A DNA stretch of 64,000 nucleotides from Eledone cirrhosa. Taxonomy: Eukaryota. This document shows positions 27,734-38,290 of this stretch, piece after piece. Numbering within the stretch: the stretch's first letter is position 1; each line of letters begins with the position of its first letter. The translations under genes were made by a program, and so were the position numbers. The stretch is taken from NCBI GenBank assembly GCA_964016885.1, contig OZ024740.1, forward strand, positions 268,398,001 to 268,462,000, written 5' to 3'. The notes beneath the pieces were generated by a model. It was not told the origin of the DNA and searched no databases. It saw only the letters and a program-made list of their open reading frames with translations.

Positions 27734-28155
27734 CTAGAACGAGACAGTGTTGTTTTCTGTAGTGGTACGCTAGAAGAAATGAGAAAATTTATAATAGAAC
27801 GAGACAGTGTTGTTTTCTGTAGTGATACGCTAGAAGAAATGAGGAAATTTATAATAGAACGAGACAGTGTTGTTTTCTGTAGTGATACGCTAGAAGAAAT
27901 GAGGAAATTTATAATAGAACGAGACAGTGTTGTGTTCTGTAGTGATACGCGAGAAGAAATGAGGAAATTTATAATAGAACGAGACAGTGTTGTTTTCTGT
28001 AGTGATACGCTAGAAGAAATGAGGAAATTTATAATAGAACGAGACAGTGTTGTTTTCTGTAGTGATACGCTAGAAGAAATGAGGAAATTTATAATAGAAC
28101 GAGACAGTGTTGTGTTCTGTAGTGATACGCTAGAAGAAATGAGGAAATTTATAAT
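27734..28155. repeat. 60-bp minisatellite, 7 copies
   Basis: Unit TAGAACGAGACAGTGTTGTTTTCTGTAGTGATACGCTAGAAGAAATGAGGAAATTTATAA, nearly invariant. Confidence 0.97.
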
Positions 28156-28699
28156 AAAACAAAAACAAAATATAGAAATGAAATAAATAAAAAATGAATA
28201 AATACATAAATAGAATTTACAGGAAGAAAATTTAATTATAGGAAAGAAAAGAAAGAAAATAAATGAAAATAAATTATACAATCAATTAAGACCACAGTGA
28301 AGTTTCCATTCGTTATCTTTAAACCAAATGAGATACTGAGTCAAAGCAATCAACTCTATTATTTTCTTGTCAGGAAGAGATAATGATGTTAATGATGGTG
28401 TTAGCAATGATGATTTTTATTATAATGATAATAATGATGATGATGATGATCATGATGATCATGATGATAATGATGATGATAAATAAATACATTAATTAAT
28501 AAATAGATAACTAAATAAGAACAAATATCACTACTTTTATGTCAGGAAGAAGAGTCACTTTCTCCTTTTCTCTCTCGCGCGCTCTGTCTATCTACCACAC
28601 GCTCTCTCTATATATATCTATATATATATATATACATATATGAATGTATGTATAGTATATTTGATAATATACTTTATGTTCATTTAAATTAATACTAAT

Positions 28700-28872
28700 A
28701 ATTGTTTCTACTTTAGGCACAGGCCAGCAATTACCAGTACATTACTGGTACTTTATTTTATCGACCCCGTAAGGATGAAAGGCAAAGTTAACCTCGGCGG
28801 GATTTGAACTCAGACTGTAAAGGGACGTAACTATGCTAGAAAGCATGGCGTCCAACCCTCTACCGATACTCT
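28700..28872 (-). mobile_element. SINE copy
   Basis: Reverse complement of the 3008-3200 family. Confidence 0.88.
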
Positions 28873-28959
28873 CTTTCTGCTATTTCAAGAGTGAACCTAA
28901 TATATTCCTTCCGATTGTGTTGTTATTCCGATTTTGTTGTTATTTCTGTTTACATTTTA

Positions 28960-29046
<87 letters not shown>

Positions 29047-29187
29047 TAAAATAACAGATTAAAGTTTAAGCAAAGAATCGCTGCTTTCACCCTTAACGGG
29101 ATCTTCTGAAACTAACTAACTATATTTGATATATATTTATCCTTATCGAACCCTCTTTGGATTTAGTCTTCAAATTTATTATTATTA

Positions 29188-29259
<72 letters not shown>

Positions 29260-29284
29260 CATATGTGTGTGTGTGGGAGGGTGT

Positions 29285-29330
<46 letters not shown>

Positions 29331-29334
<4 letters not shown>

Positions 29335-29466
29335 GTGCCAGATATAAACAAAATAGGCACTGGCGTCGATATGGTCGACTATTCAAAGTGTTGCCACACC
29401 ATGGCTGCAGTCTAATGGCTGAAATCAGTAAAAGAATAGAATCATAAAACAAAGAATATATATACA

Positions 29467-29468
<2 letters not shown>
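29331..29468 (+). repeat. Retroelement-tail-like repeat with inverted partner at 30595-30738
   Basis: Near-identical reverse complements. Each copy lies between (TG)n/(CA)n and (TA)n. Confidence 0.8.
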
Positions 29469-29529
<61 letters not shown>

Positions 29530-30364
29530 CATATGTTTCCGGTATGGTGAACTAACTGCTGTGGAACTACTTCTATCAAACTCGTCCCATGGACTGTGTG
29601 CTCTACTACTACTGATACAATCCTCTAGTATTCTACTATTTTATATATATGCATATATATGTACGGAATTCCTTCCTTGCTCACATTCCAACCACGTTTG
29701 ATGGTCTTTATTCTCTCTCATTCACGATTTTACCGAATTTATATTCATAGAAATTTGGGACTTGACTCCTTCTTCCTCACTTTTCGTTGCTTCACCATCT
29801 TTGTTTGTTTACACTCGTGTCCCCTTTATTTACGTGTCCCAACGGCTTTTTTTAGCCGTTGCTCGCACCAACCGGAGGTATATGGTCTTTAAAGCGATGA
29901 AATACCAATGATGGTTGGAAGATCACTGATGAAGGACTAACATTATTCATATATATATATATATATATTGCCGGCTGCGAGTTTATACAACCGATTGTTG
30001 GAATATACATGTATTTACGTAATTATTACTACCAATTCGGCTTCTAGTGTAACTGCTATTAGGGTAATTATTCAGCTCTTTTGAAGTGTTTTTACTGACT
30101 AACCTGGTTACTAATTTTTGTGTATGACCATCTTAAATTTGTGGCATATATCAATGATTTTGATGTCTTCATTGTATTGATTTGCTCATATTAAACTTTT
30201 GTTTATTACCCTACGGATGTGTTCGATTGTGTCAATTTACTACCGATTCCATAGAGGAAATACTCTGCAACTATTTAACCGCAGTTAGCATTGAGTATGT
30301 GGCACGATTTTGCTGCACTATGCCTGCGTGACGTACCTCCTGGTATTGTGATATCGTTAACCTA

Positions 30365-30405
<41 letters not shown>

Positions 30406-30444
30406 GATATTAATAAATGGAAACTATATTTATAAAACCATATT

Positions 30445-30509
30445 TATTTCATTATACATATTTCAGGGATACCACATTAAATTATGGTATGCCTTCATCA
30501 GACAAAATA
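30445..30509 (-). ncRNA. Minimal type I hammerhead ribozyme
   Basis: Minus strand: TATTTTGT-CTGATGA-AGGCATACCATA...TGTGGTATCCCT-GAAA-TATGTA-TA-ATGAAATA. Confidence 0.8.
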
Positions 30510-30733
30510 CAATATATAACAGTTTTACAAATAGGTTTGACGTACCCTTTTAAAATACAACCATTACTTTTGGAGGCTGTCTCCATATATATATATATGC
30601 ATGTATATATATTCTTTGTTTTATGATTCTATTCCTTTACTGATTTCAGCCATTAGACTGCAGCCATGGTGTGGCAACACTTTGAATAGTCGACCATATC
30701 GACGCCAGTGCATATTTTGTTTATATCTGGCAC

Positions 30734-30816
<83 letters not shown>

Positions 30817-30889
30817 AGACAGCCTCCAAAGGTAATGGTTGTATTTTAAAAGGGTACGTCAAACTTATTTGTAAAACTGTTATATATTG

Positions 30890-30954
30890 TATTTTGTCTG
30901 ATGAAGGCATACCATAATTTAATGTGGTATCCCTGAGATATGTATAATGAAATA
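30890..30954 (+). ncRNA. Hammerhead ribozyme, inverted partner of 30445-30509, core mutated (GAAA to GAGA)
   Basis: Lies within inverted arms of about 30430-30585 and 30814-30972. Confidence 0.65.
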
Positions 30955-31060
30955 AATATGGTTTTATAAATACTTACTCCTATTACCCACTCTACTACCC
31001 TAAGTATTGAGTACTTTGGTGCGTTATGATCCACCTGGTTCCTTACCACTTTTCCCTCGC

Positions 31061-31114
<54 letters not shown>

Positions 31115-31147
31115 AATACATATATATATATATATATATATAAATAC

Positions 31148-31185
<38 letters not shown>

Positions 31186-31202
31186 ATACATATATATATA
31201 TT

Positions 31203-31286
<84 letters not shown>

Positions 31287-31735
31287 TTCATTTCATTTAT
31301 TGATTTATTGATAATTTATCTGAGTGTCCCGAATCTTCCATATCGAACTTTTCGGTTATTTGGTTGATTGTAGACATATTCTACGTGTGACGGTATTTTA
31401 ACGATAGTTATAGCTCTAATTTATTTGAATTATAGAGCCCTCTGCCGCTCATCTCGAATTTTGTTTATCGTGAACTCGTGCGCCGATTTTTCGATACTCG
31501 ATTATTCTACTAAATATATATATATATATATTCTTATACTTGGGGAGGGGCATATTTGTGTAATATTGCCAGAATTAATAACAGAACACACTCACTGTTT
31601 GGTTGGTTTTCGCTTTTCGCTTCTGTGTCTTTTATATCGGTAATCTAATTTATTCGGTTCTCAATGTTGCCATTGACTGACCAACGGTCAAAAATAATAC
31701 AGATACAATATAGACACAAACACATATATATAGTT

Positions 31736-31779
31736 TATCAAAGTTCTTTCGTTGCACATCTGCAACATCGTCAGTGGTG
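31736..31779 (-). ncRNA. Minimal type I hammerhead ribozyme downstream of a GIY-YIG remnant
   Basis: Minus strand: CACCA-CTGACGA-T-GTTGCA GATG TGCAAC-GAAA-GAAC-TT-TGATA. Confidence 0.75.
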
Positions 31780-32094
31780 CTATTGTTTCCTCCCGCTGCA
31801 TTGTATTTTCTACGCCATCTTTATGGCGTCTGTTTATATATTTATTTATTTGTTTATTTTATTTTGTCTTCTTTGCGCATGCGTTTGCGTGTGTGTATAG
31901 TGTTTTGTTTAATGTGTGTTCGTGATTGAGTGACTGTGTATTGGGTAATGTATTCTATCTTTACTAGTGTGTGTGTATATGTGTTTGTTGTTATTGTGCT
32001 TGTGTATGTATTTATTTATTTATTTATTTATCTATTTATTTATTTATTTATACTTCTCTTAGGTCAGTGTTGTTTGTTTGGGTGTTGTTGTTAT

Positions 32095-32448
32095 TCCATT
32101 CATTCTTTCTGTTTAGCCTTGGCCTTCCAAGTTCTATTTCACTGGCCTCTCTGATTTGCCTATCTGCTGGGTCATTTCTATGTTTAGATATTATTCTAAT
32201 TTCTATGTTGTGTATGTTACCGTCGTGTTGTTGTCTGGCATGTTCGTATAGTACTGAACCGTTTTTACCCCCCAGTATTGGTCTATCCTTTCACCTATGC
32301 TACAAGCTATCTCGCCTATGTATAGTGTTGTCATGTTTCTGCAAGTACCCTCTGTACATCTTATACTATAGACTACGTTTCTAGTTTTACAGTTTATCCG
32401 GGGGTTTACCTTACATATGATACATTTCCTATTAGTACAGTGGGTTTT

Positions 32449-32450
<2 letters not shown>
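32095..32450 (-). pseudogene. Penelope-like element GIY-YIG endonuclease remnant (frameshifted)
   Basis: HCTNRKCIICK...NCKTRNVVYSIRCTEGTC...LYIGE...SIGER, then in another frame SVLYEHARQQH...DPADRQIREASEIELGRPRLNRKNE. 5'-truncated at (TA)n. Confidence 0.85.
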
Positions 32451-32544
<94 letters not shown>

Positions 32545-32545
<1 letters not shown>

Positions 32546-32900
32546 TAACTTGAGGGCGACCGGCTAAAGTGGAAGATGCTAGATGGTCGGTCGTCCTCCT
32601 GTCTTTGATTTTCAGCCCCATGGATTTTACCTATTACATTCATTTATTGTATTTCCAATACCTGATGATATCACCGGATTCATACGGAACCCGGTCATTG
32701 AAATGATCATAGTATAATAAACCTTTCAAGGATTTACACAAGTCCAGCCTCCTGTCATTTTATTATAATATTTAACTCCGTACTAGCACCACCAACTACA
32801 AAAAAAAGACGGTTGAACTGCTTTACGTTGAGTACTCTCCATATTATTACATTAAGATTGACCATACGGAATTGACCAGCTCTATCCAGTATCTATCCGA
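32545..32900 (+). mobile_element. PLE pseudo-LTR-like repeat, copy 2
   Basis: Homologous to 26915-27280, lying between (TA)n tracts. Confidence 0.7.
32658..32715 (+). ncRNA. Minimal type I hammerhead ribozyme
   Basis: ATAC-CTGATGA-TATCACCGGATTCATACGGAACCCGGTCATT-GAAA-TGATCA-TA-GTAT. Confidence 0.78.
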
Positions 32901-34378
32901 ATATATATATCCAGTATCTATCCGAATATATATATATATATATATAATGATAAAGCAAGGAGTAACCATTCGTCCTTGTTTTATTATAGTTCACTCTGTC
33001 TAGCTCTGCACCTGGATACCGATGTGGACCTAAACATCGAGTGCTCACTCGGGTGAACCTACAGTAACTCTGCGTTACACTCCCTGGATATATATATATA
33101 AATCAGCGGTTCCAAATGAGTCGGCTCAAAGAATTAATAGGAAGGTAGAAATAGAATGAATGAGAGGATATCACACATATTAAAATACACTCATCAGCTT
33201 TCAGACCACCTGTTTTACTGAAAACACTGCGAAGGATAGGGTGTTTCTGTTAATACAGTAAGCTTCGATAAATGCAATTTGCAACTTGCCGAATACAGTT
33301 GCAGCACAGTGCAAGCCAAATACAGCAACAACTTCATCAGCAACTTCGATAATTGCAACGAGATTGAAGCCATTTATCCAGACTGGGCGTAAAAGAATTA
33401 CTGTTAGAGTGTGGTAGTCTATAACAAAAGGATGATAAAAATATCATTTACTTGTAGCGAAATTTATCCACACCTTTCCCCCTGGGGGACACTTAACGGT
33501 CAAATTCTGGGTTACCTCCTTTTTGGCGTAAACAAGATGATGCGTGGCAAGGGACAGAGGAAGCGACAGATATAAATAGCCTGTCTCAGACCAAGCAAAA
33601 GGGAGTTCGAAGTAGAATAATCATGTAAAACATTTGCTTTCTACAGACCCCTTGGAGTCTACAGACCTTTTACTCTCTCCTGGTCTTACAGACTCTCACC
33701 TCTTGCCACAGACTATTTCAGCATAACGGAATAACAAAAACACCGTCAACTTTGTAGTAATATTATTCTTTGTTCATTTATTCACTGAAGTGAAGTAAAT
33801 TTTATATCAAAACGAAACCTTCTATTTTGTCGTGTTATTTCACCTCTATCAACATTTACTAACTTGCCTTCGCCTTATACTCACATTTCTGGCTGTTCTG
33901 TTAACTGGGGAGGTTATAGGAAACATATTGGCTATAATCCCGATTGCTCACAGTTACTCGATGAGATACGATTCGAACGTATATCGAGCAGCCGTGTACA
34001 GGAGTGTTAATAAAATCTTTGGCATCTGACCTACGGGAAGATAGTCAGATGCCAGAATAAAACACACGATTGGCGGCTAAATCAAACAGTTTGAAGATCG
34101 CGCCGTAGATCTCAACCAATGTAGTTATAAACAACAACAAAAACAAGCGTATATATAGGTTCGTAAGTTGAACATTATTTTTTTTTTATATTAGTTCGAT
34201 TCTAGTAATATAAAAAATAGTGTGCAACTTACGATCATATATATTACGTTAAGTTATCATAACATATATAATATATATGATGATTATGTTTTTCAGCAGA
34301 AAAGCTTAATGAAGATTTGTCCAGAGCATCAAACATTCAAATTAAAAGATATGTATATATATAGAGAGAGATAGAAAA

Positions 34379-34457
<79 letters not shown>

Positions 34458-34539
34458 CATATATCGTTAGAGAAACATAGTATTTTGTACATAGTATTCA
34501 GGAAAGTACAAACTGTCAGGTGGAAAGCGTTTCCACCTT

Positions 34540-34697
<158 letters not shown>

Positions 34698-34741
34698 TAC
34701 AAAATACTGTTCCTCTAACCATAAATAGCTCTCTCTATCTA

Positions 34742-34850
<109 letters not shown>

Positions 34851-34962
34851 GTGTGTGTGTGTGTGTGTGTGTGTAAAAGGTAAACATAAATAACAGAAAC
34901 ACAATCGGTACAGTATATGGAAGGGATATATTAGGTTAACACTTGATATAGCAGGAAGAGGG

Positions 34963-34998
34963 TCTTAACGTTTCGGACGCTAGTCCTTCATCAGAAGA
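34963..34998 (-). ncRNA. Canonical minimal type I hammerhead ribozyme
   Basis: Minus strand: TCTT-CTGATGA-A-GGAC TAGC GTCC-GAAA-CG-TT-AAGA. Confidence 0.85.
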
Positions 34999-35152
34999 AA
35001 GAATGAGAAATAAGATAGATTGAGGGGACGGGTGGGATGGAATTGGAAAAATGTCTTTTGATAAAAATAACAGGTTCATTCATGTTGACGTCTCTTGCAA
35101 AACTGTTGGTGCTGGCGTTTTGTGTATGATTTAAATTTTAGAAAAGTGGATG

Positions 35153-35190
<38 letters not shown>

Positions 35191-35193
<3 letters not shown>

Positions 35194-35381
35194 AAAATGT
35201 TTAACCCCGACGGCAGAGCTCGAGCCGTTTGGACGGTTATTTCTGGACAGAAGTAGCCGGCGAAACGGCTTGAGCTCTACCGTCGGGGTTAAACATATTC
35301 CTATTACCCACTCTACTACCCTAAGTATTGAGTACTCTAGTGCGTTATGGTCCATCTGGTTCCTTGCTCCACCTCCTTCGT
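35191..35381 (+). mobile_element. Short hairpin-headed copy of the 19711-20729 family
   Basis: ~55-bp fold-back centred near 35246 plus the common tail ...CCTTCG, between (TA)n tracts. Confidence 0.8.
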
Positions 35382-35396
35382 TATATATATATATAT

Positions 35397-36266
35397 ACTA
35401 GCAGTGGTATCCGGCGTTGCACGGGATAAGGTATTTTGGAACGCGGGCCGACAACAGACCTAATCGTGGAAAAACTTCATGCCTGGACAATATGTAAAGA
35501 AAATAAACCGAATACTCTGCTGGCTGGATAATCTTTAAAATTTTCCTCGATGAAGCAGGAAAAATGCAGGTTTTCACCTAATGTAGATTTTCACCTAGGG
35601 GATCAAGAAAATGAATTTTTTTTATGTGCATTATATGCCTTGAAACTTCGGGGAATCGGCTAGCCGTAACGCCTCAAAAGAGCCATAAAAAGCTGAAAAA
35701 AGAAGTTTTTCACCTAATGCAGGCCCTAAACCATAAAAAAGTTGGATTTTCTTTGCTCACGGTATGAAGAAGGGACTGACTAATACATAGTTACAATTTC
35801 AAGGAAATCGGTCTGACGTAACGCCTAAAAAATCCCCTAAAATCCTGAAAAAACGCAATTTTTTATGTGCATAACACTCCCTGAAACATAAGTAATACAC
35901 ATGTAAAGTTTGAAAAAGGTCGGTTGGGTACTTCTCGAGTTTTAGGGATTCAAACTCTCAGACACACACACAGGCAGACATCATCAGGGAAGTGACGTAA
36001 TGCAGACAAGCAGACATACAGACAGACAGATATTATAAGGGCGCGACGTTATATATATATATATCTATCTAAAAAGAGAAAGACTAAGAATTATAGAGAG
36101 ATGGCTAAATCGCCTAATGCGGTCCCTAGGGCATTGAAAATTATAAATTCTTTTTGCTCAGAACACTCCCTGAAACATTAGTATTACATGTGTAAAGTTT
36201 GAAAACAGTCGGTTGGGTGCTTCTCGAGTTTTAGGGATTCAAACTCACAGACAGACATCCTCAGTT
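35397..36266 (+). mobile_element. Non-autonomous Helitron/Lep1-like element
   Basis: Starts ACTAGCAGTGGTATCCGGCGTTGCACGGG (sub-terminal hairpin) and has a (CAGA)n-type 3' region. The segment near 35873-35965 is duplicated at 36163-36258. A related fragment lies near 26260-26385. Confidence 0.6.
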
Positions 36267-36287
36267 ATATATATATATATATATATA

Positions 36288-36479
36288 TAGGAACGAGTAG
36301 GACCCTGACGGCTGAGCTCAAGCCGTTTCGATGGCTAATTCTGGTCCAGAATTAACCGTCGAAACGGGTTGAGCTCAGCCGTCGGGGTCCTACTCGTTCC
36401 TATTACCCACTCTACTACCCTAAGTATTGAGTACTTTGGTGCGTTATGGTCCACCTGGTTCCTTACCACATTTCCTTCG

Positions 36480-36480
<1 letters not shown>
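36288..36480 (+). mobile_element. Short hairpin-headed copy of the 19711-20729 family
   Basis: Fold-back centred at 36345, bounded by (TA)n. Confidence 0.8.
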
Positions 36481-36522
<42 letters not shown>

Positions 36523-36604
36523 GGAGGTGAGTTTTATTGAAGCACAATAAAGCAATGCAAATATCGGATAAGTAGCACTCTACAATTTGTAGGACTGGAG
36601 TATA

Positions 36605-36785
36605 AATAATTGTTTCTTCTTTAGGCACAAGGCCAGAAATTACCCAGTGCATTACTGGTACTTTATTTTATTGACCACGTAAGGATGAAAGGCAAAGTCC
36701 ACCTCGGCGGGATTTGAACTCAGATCGTAAAGGGACGTAACTATGCTGGAAAGCATGGCGTCCGACCCTCTACCGATACTGCCAT
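36605..36785 (-). mobile_element. SINE copy
   Basis: Reverse complement of the family consensus. Confidence 0.88.
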
Positions 36786-36788
36786 AAC

Positions 36789-37087
36789 ATCAAAAGATGG
36801 TTAAAAGAGTTCCAAGTATTTTATTATGCGCATTTCAAAAACAAATATCATCATGAGATGACATCTGCGTTTTCATCAGATAAAAATAGGGATACATGAT
36901 ATGAAGGTTTAAAAACACTTGTGAATAGTGAAGTTTTTAAAACTTCACTATTCACAAGTGTTTTTAAACCTTCATATCATGTATCCCTATTTTTATCTGA
37001 TGAAAACGCAGATGTCATCTCATGATGATATTTGTTTTTGAAATGCGCATAATAAAATACTTGTAACTCTTTTAACCATCTTTTGAT
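36789..37087. repeat. Near-perfect 299-bp palindrome centred at 36938
   Basis: ...GTGAATAGTGAAGTTTT T AAAACTTCACTATTCAC...; one visible mismatch between the arms. Confidence 0.95.
36991..37057 (+). ncRNA. Minimal type I hammerhead ribozyme (identical mirror at 36819-36885, minus strand)
   Basis: TTTTAT-CTGATGA-AAACGCAGATGTCATC TCAT GATGATATTTGTTTTT-GAAA-TGCGCA (palindrome)-TA-ATAAAA. Confidence 0.88.
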
Positions 37088-37089
37088 CT

Positions 37090-37134
<45 letters not shown>

Positions 37135-37193
37135 GCTTTTAATTTGAATTACACACACACACATGCATACATAATATATATATATATGTGTGT

Positions 37194-37229
<36 letters not shown>

Positions 37230-37549
37230 ATGGATGGATTGTTAATCCTTTCTCTGTTATCTGTTTCGTCTTGCCACTCTCTCTTCCACTCTCTCCTCTT
37301 TGTTTTACACAATCTGATTCGATTTTTCAATTATTCTATCTTTTAATCTCCGTTCATATGAGTGTTTATGGAAACACACGTTTAGATATATTTACTTATA
37401 TAATTGTGTTGCGTTTGTGTGGATGTGTACACACGTGTATGTACATATAAATCTGTATTTTTATCAATCTAAGCATGTTCGTTGGGTCATGAGACCCACT
37501 TCTTCGTTATCTTCCTAACGACAAATCTGTAATTTCTTTTCTTATAATT

Positions 37550-37765
37550 TAATGGTTTCTTATATAGGCACAAGGCCAGCAATTTGGGGGGAGGGGAAGT
37601 CGATTAAATCGACCCCAGTGCTTGACTGGTACTTTATTTTATGGACCCCTTAAGAATGAAAGACAAAGTTAACCTCGGCGGGATTTGAACTCAGATCATG
37701 ATGAGCCGTAACTCTATGCTGCAAAGCATGGTGTCTGGCGCTCTACTGATTCTGCCAATCTTCCG
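37550..37765 (-). mobile_element. SINE copy (longer subfamily with GTCGATTAAATCGAC hairpin)
   Basis: Family similarity. Flanking direct repeat TCTTATAATTTAATG. Confidence 0.85.
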
Positions 37766-37800
37766 CTCTTATAATTTAATGTGATATCTACTTACTTCTT

Positions 37801-37879
<79 letters not shown>

Positions 37880-38252
37880 TTTCTCTCTTTCGCGCTCTCT
37901 TTCTCACAAACACACACCCCTCTCTTTATCCCCCCCCCCTATCTCTTCCTCTCTCCCTCTCTAAATCTCTTTCTTTCTTTGACTCTTTTTCTTTCTTTCC
38001 CTCCCTCTCTGTCTATCTTTCTCTCTCTCTAAATCTCTTTCTTTCTTTGACTCTTGTTCTTTCTTTACTTCCCTCTCTGTTTATGTTTGTCTCTCTCTCT
38101 CCCCTCTCTCCCTCTCTCTCCCTCTCTCTCCTTATCTCACTTTCCCCCCTCTCTCTCACTATCTCTCTCCCTCTCTCGCTTTCTTTGTCTCCTTTTCTTT
38201 CTTTCCTTCCCTCTCTGTCTATGTTTCTCTCACCTCTCTCTCCCTATATATA

Positions 38253-38289
<37 letters not shown>

Positions 38290-38290
38290 C

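Noticed and set aside
27734-28155. Possible CRISPR array
   Set aside because: Units are contiguous and identical with no unique spacers, there are no cas genes, and the context is eukaryotic.
27404-28186. 260-aa ORF with poly-Glu and 20-aa repeats
   Set aside because: Chance join of (GAA)n, an antisense SINE fragment and a 60-bp minisatellite.
38054-38290. N-terminal part of the 501-aa ORF
   Set aside because: (TC)n/(TATC)n read-through upstream of the truncated LINE. The element is not an intact gene.
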